Shown one piece after another: positions 37,017-50,348 of a stretch of 64,000 bases of DNA. How positions within the stretch are numbered: the stretch's first letter is position 1; each line of letters starts with the position of its first letter. Source of the stretch: Peribolospora baueri (Eukaryota); assembly GCA_029717555.1 (NCBI GenBank), contig JAMDHS010000052.1, positions 62,001-126,000 on the forward strand, in the 5' to 3' direction. Made by a program: the position numbers and the translations under genes. The notes under the pieces are model-generated. The model searched no databases. It was not told the origin of the DNA and saw only the letters and a list, made by a program, of their open reading frames with translations.

Positions 37017-38802
37017 ATGACCCACTCCACCCGTCAAGCACTCCATCCGCCCCCGAAGAAGGGCCAAGGTGCCGCGGCCTTCTTCCGCTCGAAGAGGGCG
37101 AGGCTCTTCCCTCCTTCTCTTCCTCCACCTTCTCATCAGGGCGCACCGACAATTCCTCCGTCTCTTCTTCCACAGCAAAGCTCGCGCCCAGAGGACGTCT
37201 CTCCTCATTCCGACGTGTCGCTCCCAGTAGACGTCCTCGTACCTCATACCTATATTTCTCCAGCGACTTACCATGTCCACATCGCCTCTGCTGACCAGAC
37301 ACGCCCCACCTATCAACCCTCTCACACCTCGACGCCCGTGCCCCGTTCTCTTAAAGCTGCTGCCGTCCCCGACCCGGACAACCCGTGGGGCTTCCATCCG
37401 GAAATCCTCCGCCGTTTCCCCTGCCTTCGCAAGAGGAACTTCTACGTCATTCAACTCCATGACGTGAGTCTGACCGGCTGTGCATATCGTCTCTGCACTT
37501 CACCTCCCATTCGTGTGTGATCGACGTCAACGCATACATGAACCGCCTCCCCTTTTCGATGCGGTGCGGCGCCTCCTGCAGGTCTGACCGTTCGCTGTTG
37601 CCGCTTCGCAGGCCACCCGCCTTCACTACGACCTCCGCCTCCAGTGCGGTGGTAAGACGCTTAGCTGGGCCATACCGAAAGGCCTCCATCGCTCCTCGAA
37701 CAACGGTCTCTGGCCCCGCTTGGCCGTCCAGACCGAGCCCCATGCGGTGGGGTACACTTTGGTAGACGCCGGTGGGAGCGATCCCCAGATGATGTGGGAT
37801 GTCGGGTGGTATGAAGGTCAGTTGCCCAATCTCCTCTCTCCCTCATCCGTCGTCCTCAAGCGTTCGGCTTTGGTCCCGGAGAGGGAGAGGGAAACTGATC
37901 GATGAACCGAGTCTTGACTGCCGCTTTGTCCCGTGTTCGGCTTTCTTCCCCTTCTCTGCGCCATCGCTTTACCTCCGTTCGCAGTCCACCCACACGCGGA
38001 TGAGCTTGACCACGCCTCTGACGCCACAACCTCCGCGTCCTCGGACGACAACGACGACCTCTCTCACCGGCCCTCTTCCTCCCCCGCTCTCCTTACCCAC
38101 GAAGAGCGCCTTTCGCGCTCCTTCGCGCGCAAGTCCATCTTTTTCACCCTGCACGGCATGCGCCTCCCCCGTTCTACGTTTGGACTGAGATGGAACGACG
38201 AGGGGCGAATTGTGTACTCTCGATCGCACAAGACCACGTTGCATTGGCTTCTCTTCAAACCCTCCAGAAAGAGCTCCGGAAAGGGCAAGTCTGGCGGTTT
38301 GGGTCGCCGTGGCGAGCGCTCGGTGCGCTCGTGGTGGACGGAGGACGACGAGGGTGAAACAAAGCTGAGCGAGAGCAAGGCGACGAGCCTCCTCAGCGGG
38401 CGGACGCTGGAGGAGATGAGAGGTAGCAAGCGCGTCCAGGGCTTCGATCCCGTTCCTGGCGCCAACTACGGCATCGAGTGGAGCTTGGCTCGAGGACAAG
38501 CAAAGGGCGAAGAGGGACTAGAGGGAGAGCGAGAGCGAGCGCTGGCGGCGGAGGACGAGAGCGTGGTGGAGCTGGTGGGGACGGGCGAAGAGGAGGATTT
38601 CTTGGCAAGGTATGCCTCTGGGGGTAGTGCTTCGACTTCATTCGAAGACTCTTCTCTCGACGGCGAAGATGAGAGGGACGGAGGTGCCATGCGTGGCCCG
38701 GCGAGAGCGGGCATCGACAAAGGCAAAGCCAGGGCCATGGATCCGGACGCCGCGGGCAACGCCCCAGCGCGAGAACGTCTGGACGCCATGCTCGCCGCAT
38801 AG
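37017..38802 (+). CDS. Stand-alone DNA ligase D 3'-phosphoesterase (LigD PE) domain protein, 3 exons
   Basis: Splicing out 37464-37611 and 37817-37984 gives YVIQLHDATRLHYDLRLQ..SWAIPKG..RLAVQTEPHAVGY..WDVGWYE..LHGMRL..WLL..SLLSGRTLEEM. Confidence 0.88.
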
Positions 38803-39532
38803 ATCTCCTCCGCGGGCGGGACCCGAGAGTGCCTCCGTCGACGAACGTTATCGAGCATCTCCTCGGCGCCGCCCTTGGCTCCTCCCTCCCCATCACTGAC
38901 CTCGCCAACCATACCTCCGATACGTGAAAAGCGCGCTGAGGAGCGGGCAAAGTGGTCAGCGTCAGCTCGGGAGGAGACAAAACGAGGGGAGGACGGGTCA
39001 AGGGAGTATACGGGCGTCGCGTAAGGGAAAGAGTCGGAGGCAGAGGAGGTGGGCACCACGGTGTCCTCAGCTTCTAGGCGCGGAAGGCTCGGCGACATAG
39101 CTTGGGAGGGCCCTCGCTCAAGCTCTTCGCGGCAGTCGCGGCCGAGGCAAGGGGAGATGGAGGCGAGCGCCGGACCGAGCCGGCGCGCGGTGGGGTAAGT
39201 CGAGTGACAGCCGTCTGTTCCCTAAGGCGCCTGGACGGCCGTTTCTCAGTCGTTCTCTCTAATCGTCGTCGGTCGTCGGTGCTGCTATCGAACACATGTA
39301 TTCCTCCGCCATTGTCTGTACTTCTATCATATATAGGCTCCCGAAGCTAGCTCTCCCGAAGGTGTAAATCGTAGTTAAAGGCACGCACGCATGGCAAAGA
39401 GTTAGTTATTAGGGTTCTGCGGAATCTGATCGACGGCCGCCGACCTGGTCTCGTCGTCTTATGATTCTGAACGGTCGTAGACTGTGACTACCGAGGGTAC
39501 GTCCATAGACTGACGACCGAAAGGCATCCAGG

Positions 39533-40201
39533 ATGGCCTCAACGACGTCGGGTGAGCGTTGCAAGGCGTCCGAGGCCCGCCGCCCGTTTGCGTGTCTTCC
39601 CCCCCGCGGGTCGGGTCGAAGAGGTATGAAGCGCTCCCTCGCTGACGTCGTACTCTTTTTCCTCGCAGACCCCGTCCACAAAGCGCACATGCGCACCGCC
39701 GTCTCTCTCGCGGGCCTCTGCGTGCCCACGCCCACGGCGTTCTGTGTGGGCTGCGTAATCGTCGATCCTTCCGTCTCTTCATCCGCCACTCCCGGCAGTG
39801 ACAGTGACAGCCATGGTGGTGGTGATCGACAAGCATCGGTCGTCTCGACAGGCTACTCGCGCGAACTGCCAGGGAACACGCACGCCGAGCAATGTGCGCT
39901 CGACAAACTCCTCGCCTCGCCGCCGCTGCCGTCCCACCTCCGACCCAACTTGCTGGACCTCTACACGTCCATGGAGCCTTGCTCGACCCGTCTGTCGGGC
40001 AACACCCCTTGCGTGGACCGCATCCTCTCCTCAAAACTCTTCAGGAGGATCTTTGTGGGCGTGAGCGAGCCCGACGACTTTGTGGCATGTGAAGGGAATC
40101 GCAAGCTTCGAGAGGCTGGATTGGAGGTCATTGTCGTGGACGGGTTTGAGAACGAGGCATTGGAGGCGGCGAGAAGGGGCCATGAGGACAAGAAAGATTA
40201 G
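39533..40201 (+). CDS. Rib2-type DRAP (riboflavin pathway pyrimidine) deaminase, stand-alone
   Basis: AFCVGCVIV, TGYSRELPGNTHAEQCAL, YTSMEPCSTRLSGNTPC. Probable 117-nt in-frame intron at 39552-39668. Confidence 0.88.
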   Translation: MASTTSGERCKASEARRPFACLPPRGSGRRGMKRSLADVVLFFLADPVHKAHMRTAVSLAGLCVPTPTAFCVGCVIVDPSVSSSATPGSDSDSHGGGDRQASVVSTGYSRELPGNTHAEQCALDKLLASPPLPSHLRPNLLDLYTSMEPCSTRLSGNTPCVDRILSSKLFRRIFVGVSEPDDFVACEGNRKLREAGLEVIVVDGFENEALEAARRGHEDKKD

Positions 40202-40817
40202 AGGTCGGAGTGCGCGCGCCCCCGTGTCGTCTGATGCCGAAGGGGCCAAAGGAGTGGATGGATGGCTAAAGTCGCGGATCGTGTTGGTTTGGAAGGTGCC
40301 CAGCGTCGCACTCCATGTCATCATCTGCAGCCCGTAACCGCTCGTTTATGACCCTCCAAACAACAAACAAATCTGCAGGGATGGGGCCGGGCCTGATGTC
40401 GGATTTGCGCAAGCAACTCCCTACAGCACGCTTGCGAAGTAGCGTACATGATGCCATATACCTACCGTAGAACTGCAAGCGAAGCGGATGGCTCTCACCT
40501 AGTATTCCCTTATCGGAGGACGCAGCGTGAATTCGACTATGGACGGGGAGAGTTATACCTGGGTTGTTCGAGATCACTGAGGTGGAGAATCGTCGATGCG
40601 CTGCTACTGCGAGGGAATCGCCAGCGATCGTTAGGTGTGGTCAATGAAGGCAGGCGGCGTGGGACCCATCATGCCCTTGTACACATGTATTCCACGGTGG
40701 TGACGGAGAAAGCGACGACGCTCAAAGAACGTCGCTGGTAGGCAGGGGCAGCCATACAGTCTATACAAGGAGAAAAAAACGATACAAGATACCGCCCAGG
40801 CTGTATCTTCACCGCCA

Positions 40818-42451
40818 TCACGACTTCTCCCTCTTCCTCTTCTTCTCCTTCGCCCACTTCTTCCCTCCACTGCTCGCCTTGCCTTGCACATCTGCGAACC
40901 TGCGCTTGGTATACTTGCTCGCTTCGGCGTCCGCGATGAGCTCCTCCACGATCGATTTCCCCCGTTCTGCGCGCGGGACGACCGACGCAGGTTCCAAGGC
41001 GGAGGGAAGGATTTTTCCAAGCTGAGCGGGCGTATGAAAGAGAGACGAAGCAAAGGGAAGAAAGCCAATCACGAGGCCCTCCAATCGGTCAGACAATGCT
41101 CTACGATTCTCGTCATCGCTACAGTTCGCGGGTGACCAAGGTCACTACACCAGGACAACAAGACAAGACCCGGGACTCACCTGCGCAAACTTCGGCATGC
41201 CCTTGTCGACCCCTCCCTTGTAGAACCTCTTCGGATCCAAAGAGTTCCGGAGCCTGAGCGCCTGTACCTCTCTCCGCATCTCCTCTGCCGTCGGTCCTCT
41301 TCCATAGCTTGTCGACGTCGACGAGGAAGACTCTCCGGGTTTGGAAGGGGAATCGGCCGGGAAGGCCGGCATATCGAACCAATTTTTGCCAGCTGTAGAT
41401 GCTTTGGCCTTGTGAATGAGCGGAAGGGGATCCCATGTCAGAGAGCCGACGGGCCTAAAAGGGTCACGATATGCAACTTCTAAACGGGCTCGACTTCCAC
41501 AGCACGACTCACAGCCATCTTCTCCCTCTTCATCTGTCCCTTACTCTTCAGTGGCTCGCCCTTCATGTTGATCCTCTCACCGCTCTCGAGCTGGTCGAGG
41601 AACCTGTCGACCTGTTTGTCATGTTCGCTCAATTGGGCTCGTCGTGTCGAAGAAAGCGCGTCTTTTCTTGACTCGGAGGTAGAAGTGGTGGCTTCTGGTG
41701 ATGCGCCGTTTGCGGCGGATGAAGAGGGAGTGCGGGAAAGGTAGGGAGAGGGGAGGTTATATTGGAAGAGCGCTCCTGGGTCCAATTTCGGTAGCGGGCT
41801 GGATGAGACGATGTGATATGATAAAGTGGGTCCAATGGTGTCAAAGCATAGCCAGGCAAATAAAGATGATGCGGGAGTGGACATATCCACGCCGTTGGCC
41901 AGCGTCGGCACGGAGGAGAAGACTCACCCCAATCGCTCCACCTTTGCGTTCACGTCGGCATCGTCCGCATCAAGCTTAATCACATCTTCCTCTTCTTCCT
42001 TGCCCTCTTGTTCCCCCTCCTCTCCTCCCGCCTTATCTTTCCCCTTCTCCACCCCTTTCTCGCTGTTAATCTCCACCCTTTCCATCGAGGCCTTTAAGAA
42101 CGCAGCGATGTTCGCCCGCTTTCTATCCTCATAGCCTTCCGTTTTCCATGGAGCTTCTTCCTTGGATTCCCCGGAGGATACAGAAGCACTTGAATCGGAG
42201 TCCGAATCCAAATCCGAGTCCGAATCCGAGCTGGAAGAGTCCGAGTCTCCTGAACTTGCATTGGCTTCGCCGGGAGACGAGGGTGAAGGCGTGGAAGCCC
42301 GATGCACCGCTCCAGAGGGTTCAGCCTTGAGATCAGACGCCGGCAACGCGCTGTCCACCAACGCGGTGTCGTTTACCTCTTTGGAAGCTGCGTCGCCTGC
42401 CATTCTTGCTGAGGTATTGAGTCGGACGGGACGGGTCGCTTGTCGGTCCAT
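40818..42451 (-). CDS. FCF2: Fcf2 pre-rRNA processing protein, multi-exon
   Basis: LRLRNSLDPKRFYK, PKFAQ, ERGKSIVEELIAD..YTKRRF motifs; acidic N-terminus. Start is 42451 or 42403. Confidence 0.88.
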
Positions 42452-42688
42452 GCAAGTCGGCCGTCGGTCACGAAGGGAGAAACTGCGGCGATCGTTGCGT
42501 GCACGTGATCGACCTCGACGTCCCCGCGCTGCTTCTATCAATACTGTACTGTTCTCCAATCTTCTTTCGCCAGTTTTGCTCCATTTCTCCCCTCCTTTCA
42601 CTTCTCAGTCCGCCGAGGTACATTGGTACGACGTTCAATTGCTCCTGGATTCGTGTCCACTCCTGTGATCTTCGGCCCAACACTACCA

Positions 42689-43609
42689 ATGACCCCTCAG
42701 CCGAACGGCCGAGCGCCCAACGGCCTGGCGCGAGAAGGTGCGAACGGTAGTAACGGTAGTGGCGGGCGAGAACCAGTCGAGGCGTTGGGAACGCCGCCTA
42801 ACGGCACCAGCAACGGCAGCGAAGGGGCGGACAGGGGCGCGAAAGAGGAAGCGTCGGGGGATTTGGGGGACGAAGGGGAGGACAGAAGGTCACAGTGGCA
42901 GGACGAGGAGAAGGAGGCGCTCTACAACGCGTTGCACGAGCGCTTCGTGTTGAGCGGAGCGATGATGAGGTACGTGTCTTTATATGTCTTCTCTCCTCTG
43001 TAAGCTTTGTCTTTGGGCTTTCTGAGAGCGGGGGTTGGGGCAGAGAGGACGGCAAGCGATGCACAGATCGATTCACCTGCTCTTCTGTCCGTCATTGCCA
43101 TGGGGAACCTGTCCCGCAACCGATGCCTCTGGAACGGTATATCCTACAGCGTTAGACAGCAGATTTACTCCATGTTGGAAGACACAGAATGGGAAGCGAG
43201 AGTGGTGGACTATGCCAAAGGTACCGTTTCTCTGCACGTCTCCGCTCATCTCCCTTTCTCTCAGCCCGAGGTCGAGCTGAACTGTTCTGTTTCGCGTTGT
43301 TTGGGTAATGGATCCAGAACGAGCAGCAGCGTTTGACATGCCGTCATTGGCTGCCCTTCAGGCCGAGGTGATGCCACGCGCGCTACGTGAGCAGCAAGGC
43401 TGTGGCCGTAGACCTTCACGGGGCACCTAGGTCGCCCCTCTACGACGATGCATACTCACCCTCATGTCATTGAACCGTCTTCCATCTTATTGCCCTCGGT
43501 CGTGTCTCCACCGTCTGCTCACACACCCACAGAAACATTGCCCGAAGAAGTGAAGGAGGTCGCCAAGGACATGATTATGAAGTTCCTGGACGAGAATGTG
43601 GAGGACTAG
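42689..43609 (+). CDS. SUS1: Sus1/ENY2 (SAGA/TREX-2 subunit)-like protein, 4 exons
   Basis: Spliced product LHERFVLSG..VRQQIYSMLEDTEWEARVVDYAK..LQAEVMPRAL..LPEEVKE..IMKFLDENVED resembles the EnY2 pattern. Confidence 0.75.
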
Positions 43610-44519
43610 GACGAGATGGGATTCGGCTTGGCGGGGATTTGCCTCGTCGTCGTCGTCGTCCTGGCCGATGCGCTCCCACGGTCCGAGGGGAAAACCTTGC
43701 ACATGGTTTATCAGCTATCGCCGTTCTCCAGGCCCGCCGCCTTGTCCCCTATTTGACGGGCCCTCTATTCAACGCACTGTTGGGTTCGATGGCGTGGAAA
43801 GGCGCGACAGACGGGCTATCGACCATTCATCACAGCCACGTCCTTCCCTCATTGGCCTTTTTAATCGTCTTTGTCGGTCATCTCAGACACCATCATAGTC
43901 TCGCCGACAGTCAGCGGATCAGACGCTTGCCTCTCGTTTCCGGAAAGAGAGCGGTCTCCAGCAGGCCGGGGCCTAGGCGGCGACCCAACGAGCGGACGGA
44001 GGGCGGTGGACAACGGCCGAAGGACGAGGGGCGTGCCAAACGGCCGTCGGCGGTTCGCATTTCGACCGCGGTCGACCCAACCTTTCGTCCCGCGCCCGCG
44101 CCCTTCTCAGCGCCGCCCTGCCTTCGCCCGACCAGACGGCACAGCACGAAGGGCCTCTCCCTCCCTACCTCCCTACCGTGCTCACTGCGCGCGCGGCCGG
44201 TCGCTGGGCTCGTTGTGGCGTTAGATCCGTGCGCGGACAAACCTGTTTAGTCGGTCCGCCGCGCAAAAACCCTTCAATCCACGCCGTGGTCATGTTCACC
44301 GACGAGCGTCGCATGTCAATCGGAATCGGACGCCTCTTTCGAACCCTCCCCTGTTATGTAGGTAGAACCCATGCACCTTTGGACAGACGCCAGCCGACCA
44401 ACCCTGTCCAAGCCAACCGTGCCTAGAGCCTCATGTCCGTCTGCCTGTGTGCGTCCGTCCGTCTGTCGCTCCGAAAAAAGACTACGAGACGATCGGGACG
44501 AGACGAGGGTCATGGTCAG

Positions 44520-44574
44520 GATACGATACGATACGATACGATACGATACGATACGATACGATACGATACGATAC
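44520..44574. repeat. (GATAC)11 pentanucleotide microsatellite
   Basis: Perfect tandem GATAC units. Confidence 0.95.
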
Positions 44575-44984
44575 GTCGGGCGAAGCACGTAGGCTGTATG
44601 CCGTACCGCACTGCACTGCACTGCAAGCCCGCGACGAGTCATGGACGTGACGCGAGCAGCATGATCCGCCAGAGTGGGGGTTTAAGAAAGAAAGGAAAAA
44701 GAAGGAAATGCGGTGCGGTGCGCGAGCCGCGCTATTTTTTCACATGGACGTAAGGGAAATAGAGGGTAGTACTCGTACATCTCCGTGCCTCGCCAGCGTG
44801 TGTGTAAGTGTGTGCGTAAGTGTGCGTGGGTGCGACCGCGTGTCCGACAGAACGACGGGCCGGCCGGTCCGGCGATCCATCGGGTCGGGCCCGTCGTTCA
44901 TGTCATCCCAACGACCGGGTCAGACGAACGAAAGAAAAGGGGGGAAAGGCAAATAAAAAGTCGGTAGGGGAGCAGAGATGGAGA

Positions 44985-46963
44985 TCATGCCTCCACACCG
45001 ACCTGTGCGGGCACGTTGGTCGGCGCACCCGCAGACTCGCCAGGCGCCTGTTGCTGTCGTTGCTGCTGCTGCTGCTGCTCACCCTCCGCCCTTCCCTGAC
45101 CGCCCCTCGCACCGCCGCCGCGACCGCCACCCCTGCCGCCGCCGCCCCTGCCACCACGACCCCCCCTTCCGCCTTCCCGCCCCTCGCCGCGAGCGCCGAC
45201 GCCGTTCTGCTGCTGATCGGGCGGATGGGCGCGTCGGTCCATCGCCTGACCGATGGCGGCGGTGCGAAAAGTGAAGCCCCTCGTCTTCTCGATCACGGAT
45301 TGGTAGACGGGTGGGTGGGACTGGTTCATCAGGACCGTGTTCTGTGCGTGGGTAAAGGGGAAGGAAGACGACGATGTGAGCGAGGCCCAAGATCGATGCA
45401 TGGCCCGGAAGGAAGGAGGACTGACCTCTTTGAGATCGATCTTGGCATCCGCACGCGTGTCGCGGATCAAATTGACGATCCACTTCTCACCCTCCTCCTG
45501 GGACATGTTCAAGCGCGCCGAGAGATCGCTGAGGTCCGAGTTCGAACCGACAAGGAGGAGCCCAAGGTCAGCAAAGCGCCCCATGATCGTCGTCGTCGCC
45601 ACGTCACTCACGCAATGTCGATCCGCTGGTGGATCCTGCAGTAGGCCTCGCTAACGAGGAACCTCGCGTTCTCAATAAAGTCGTCGGCGTACTCTTGGAG
45701 GAAAAAGTCCTCCTGCACCACCCTCTCCGCCTTTTTCAGCTCCTCCTGCGCCTTCTTAAAGTCAAAGTCGGTGTAGAGCTCGCGGACAAAGTCGGTCACG
45801 GGGTCCTTGAGCCGGTAGCTCTCCTGGCCGATGATGCGCACCAGGTCGCGGATCGCGGCGGCGGGGCTGAGCTTGGTGTTGAGGGGCGCGTTGGGATTGT
45901 TGGGGTTCGCGAACGTGGGGGGGTTGATGATGGTGAAGGTGCGGGTGGTGCGGCGAGTCATGATGAGCGCGGCGGCGAGATAGCGGAGGAGCCACCATGA
46001 GGCGACCTGGACGGCGTTGAGATATTGAGGGGCGAAGAACATCTCGACGAGCCCTTCTCGTCCCTTCGGGTGGTTCCACCACACGAACAAGGACCAGTGG
46101 AGTAGCCAAGTGCGCTGATTGAGCTGGTGGGTGGGTGAATCGGAGTATCGGCCGGACTCGATAGCCTCGCGGAGGAGGTTGAGCTCTTCCAGCGCGTTGT
46201 CCCAGGCGCCCGTGAGCACGTCCGAGGCGAGCTTGCCCCAGAGGGAGGAAAGATAGTGGGTGTTCTCGGTCGTGAGTACTCGGTAGTGGTAGAGGTAGGA
46301 GGAGGCGACGCCGTAGCTGCCGCAAGAGAACTGGAACTGGCCGGACTCGTAGAGGGCATAGATTTGCTCATTGGTGACCTGCAGTAGGACGGGAAGAAGG
46401 GATGAGCGGGCGAGAAGCGGGTCAGGAAAAGAGGATGACAGGTGGGACCGCTGCTCGAAGGGAGAAAGGAAAGGAAAAGAGGACGCACGCCGTAATGCTC
46501 CTTGAGGTAGGCCAGGTTCTGCACCTTGTCCTGCCTCAGGTTCTGCGCCACCTCCGGGTTCTCGATCACGTCGAGCAGGGCGTTGGCCTGCTCCTGCAGC
46601 CTCTCGTTCTGGTCCAGAGCGTCCTGGCGGCGCTGGTCGAACTCTGTGAAGGGTGGGAGAGCATACGGTGTGGTGTGTTTGTATTATTTCGACGTCTCTC
46701 TCGTCTGCGCGTGAACGGGCTCGCTTCGGTCCTAGGACGCGAAGCTGGCACTCACCCTTGGGTACCTCCTGGCCGGGGAAGCTCTGCTTGAAGAGCTCGA
46801 CGGCATAGTCGACCATCTTTGTTTCCTTGGCGAGCTCATACTGGGCCTTGGTGATCTGCTCCTGCGGGTAGATCTCGAGCTCCTGGAGGCGCTGGAGGAG
46901 GGGGAAGGCGAGGTGTCGGTCGAGGTACCGAAGGTGGGTTGCGGTGAGGTCGTGTTCGGCCAT
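44985..46963 (-). CDS. INT6: Translation initiation factor eIF3 subunit e (Int6), multi-exon
   Basis: [64 protein letters not shown] motifs. Confidence 0.95.
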
Positions 46964-47389
46964 CGGGGGCGGCTATCGGAGAGGGAGGGAGGAGGGATGT
47001 GAGAAGAGAAGCGGAGGAAGCGAGCGTCTGTGCGTCCGTCTGTTTGACAGTCTGTCTGCGTCCATCAAGCGATCTCAAAGGTGGAGCGGAGCGGCGAGAG
47101 TGCTGCGGCAGGTGAGAAAGAGGGCAGGGTGATGATTTTTTTTCGCCCCCCTTTTTCCTCTTCCGCCCGAACTCGCCGCGTCTTTCGTGCTCGGCCAGTC
47201 ACTCCAACCGCGCCCGCCTCGCCCGCCTCGCCCAACCCGCTCCGCCCGCCGCCTGCCTGAGAGGCCTCACTCAGAGAGAGCAGGCATCCCGCTGGACCAT
47301 CCCCTCCTTCCACCCCCCCTCTAATCCATCCATCCCCCCTTCTCTCCCCGTCAGATGACATCCCCCTCACTCCCTTCCTCCCTCCTGTC

Positions 47390-50303
47390 ATGCCCTTGAA
47401 GGCGGCCAACACGTCCTCGCGCAACGTTCGGACCAGAAAGGTCGCCTTCCGCACCCGCCTCGCTGTCGTCAACGGCACCCACCTCTTCCACCACCCCTCC
47501 GCCACCGCCCCAGGCCCCAACGGCATCGACTCCGATGCCGGTGCCCCTACCCAGGAGGAGGCCGACCTCGGCGTCGAGGAACACGAGAGGAGGGTGAGTC
47601 CCATTTTTCCCTTTTTTCCTCAATTTTTTTTTCGCTACCTATCCCCCTGGCGCAGGCGTAAGCCCCGGCCGCACTCCCTCTCCGCCCTCTTGTTGCCACC
47701 CACTCTGCCACGTCACACGCCGCCGCCCACGCGTCGAGTAGGGTTAAGGGTTGGGATGGCCGCAGCACCGCGTCGCTGACGAAGCTTGTCTGTCGTGTCA
47801 CGTGCCCGCTCGCTTGGATACAGGAGCACCACCTTCAGCTCGCCCTTGCCGCGACCCAGTCGTCGGCGTCGCACATCCCCACGCCCGATGCCAAGGGTGT
47901 CCTCCCCGACGACGAGTACCACGCCCTCTACCGAAGATACGCGTTTGCCGACCCACGCACCTACATCCGCTTCAGCGACACCGTCGAGGACGCGTGTCGC
48001 GGCCCGTCCTATTGCCTCGACGAGGAAGACCAGGAATGGATCGAGTCCTGGAACGCCAGCGTGCGCGCTGCCGGCGGCGGAGTACCCAAGGCGGCCAACG
48101 GCAAGCCTGCCGCCAACGGCGACGCGCACCCCGGCGGTAACGCTAAGCCCAACGGCGCCAGCCCGCCCAAGGGAAAGGGCAAGGCAAAGGACGAGGCGGG
48201 TGCAGAGGCCGTCCTCGACGTGGACAAGCGTGTCATCGTTGGCGAGGATGAGTTTGAGATGTGTATGACCGTATTCGAGAGGGTGACGGACGAGAAGGTG
48301 CCCTTTCTTCACATGGTGAGCACCCCACCCTCTTGGCCCGCCCGTATCGAAATTCACCCGCTTATCGCCGGCTTGCTCCCCGCGTCTCGCTCTCAGGACG
48401 TCTCCCAAGTTCCCGAGCCCGACGACCTCTTGTCGGCTTTCGGCCCCCATTCGCCTCTCAATGCGCTCGCTCTCCCCACCTTGCCCGAGTCGGCGTCCAC
48501 ATCCTCCGCCGCTTTGTCCTGGTCTCCGTCCAACCCGTACCACAATCTGTCCGCCCTCGAACCCGTCGCCAAGGTGGTCTATCCGCACTGGAAAGCACGG
48601 CGCATCCGCGTCGGCGGTCGTCCCATCGTGCCGCAGCTCAACTATGATGAGACGAACGACAACGACCCGTACGTCTGTTTCCGCCGCCGCGATGTCAAGG
48701 TCATGCGCAAGGCCAGACGGGCGGACAACCAGTCCGTCGAGAGACTGGTCCGATTACGATCAGAGCTCGAGACCGCCGTCGCCGGCCTGAGAGCCATGGT
48801 CATGCGTGAGCGCGAGAAGAAGAACGTGTTGGCCATGGAGCGCATGATTTGGGAAGCCGGCCAGGCTCTCCTAGACGTCAAACGGCAGTACACCATCAAG
48901 GGCCCCGATGACGGCCGCGAGGACGTGGAGCTCTTGTGCTCCGGCCGGACGGCGGCGCCGGCGCCGAAAAAAGCCAAGAAGGAAGACTCGACGAGTGGGA
49001 CAATCAAACTTGTGCGGAAGACGCGCAACGAGGACGGCACCGTCTCGACGGGCACGACCGCCAGCCCGACGACAGGAGGACCGAGCACAAGTCAGGGATT
49101 GGGAGCGGCCATCCTCGATCGCGTGGCGCAGGTCAAAAAGTTTGTGGAAGACGAGCTCCAGCGCAAGGCCAAGGTCGATGGTGGTTGGGAAGACGGCAGC
49201 GACGCGAGCTGGCAGCCCAGCTCCATCCCCGCTCATCTCAAAGCCTTCCGAACGATTACCCCGGGCTCGGCGGACGACTCTGTTACACCATCGGCATGGG
49301 GTTCCCTCTCCCGCTCCGTTCCTCAGGGCCGTCAGCCGTCCTTCCGCCGTCGCGTCGGCAGAGGCGGTCGCGTGTTACTCGATCGAAGACCGCCAGCGCC
49401 TAGCGCGGCACCTACGACTTTATCGGCGTACCGAAGTCGTACTTTTGGCCTCTTCGACCCCCCGGAAGCCAGCTCGACCGTCCCATTGACGGGCCCGTTC
49501 GCCTTCTCTTCCCATCTTCGACCTTCGCTCCTTTTCGGCTCGTCCTTCCCTCGTTTGGACGACAAGGCCGAAGCGTCCCGCTTCAACTCCACTGTGTCTC
49601 TAGATCCCACCGGTCCTTTCCGTTCGTCCGTCTCCTTACGAAAGCGCAAGGCACCAGAAGTCGACGTCGACGACGGGGATATGGAGATGGGGAACGCGGA
49701 GGAGGAGAGCGAGAAGCAAAACAAGGAGACGCAGGCGTTGTGGGAGGAGCAAGAGCGGTGGAAGAGGGTTGAGGAGAGGTGGAAATATGACGACGAGGCT
49801 GGCATTTGGGCCGGCCAAGGTCTCACGGGGTTGGGTGGAATGGAGGACGACGAGGAGGCTGTGTTGGATGATTACGATCATCGGTACGTTTTTGTTCCCT
49901 TTTTTACATTGCCCCAGAGCGACGACCCTAACCCTAACCTTCATCTCCTGTGATGCTTCCGAAGGTTCCTACGTTACCGTATGGGCTTGCTTCAGGAGAG
50001 CGATCTCCAAATGCTCATGACCGACACCGCCCACCTCGCGGCAGCCGAAGCCGTCATCAGGGAGCCCCCGGAAAGCCCTTCGATATTCGCGTTGCGAGGC
50101 CAACCGATCGCTGGGGCCACGACGCCGAAAGCTAGCGTCTCAACGCCGACGGGCGCTCCGCAGATCCCACAGGCGAACCAGATAACCGTTCCAGTGGCGG
50201 CCGCCGCCGCCGCCGCCAAGCCCGTCGTTCCCGCAGGATCGCCCCCGCAGCGTCCAGGCACTTTCCAGCAGCCGCAGCAGCAAAGGCAACAACAACAACA
50301 ACC

Positions 50304-50348
<45 letters not shown>

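Noticed and set aside
38466..39098. 210-aa minus-strand ORF overlapping the LigD PE gene 3' end
   Set aside because: The plus strand has the more typical coding features (DKGKARA, acidic tail); no supporting motif on the minus strand.
44520..44574. Regular repeat considered as a CRISPR-like array
   Set aside because: Simple pentanucleotide microsatellite with no spacers, in a eukaryotic context.
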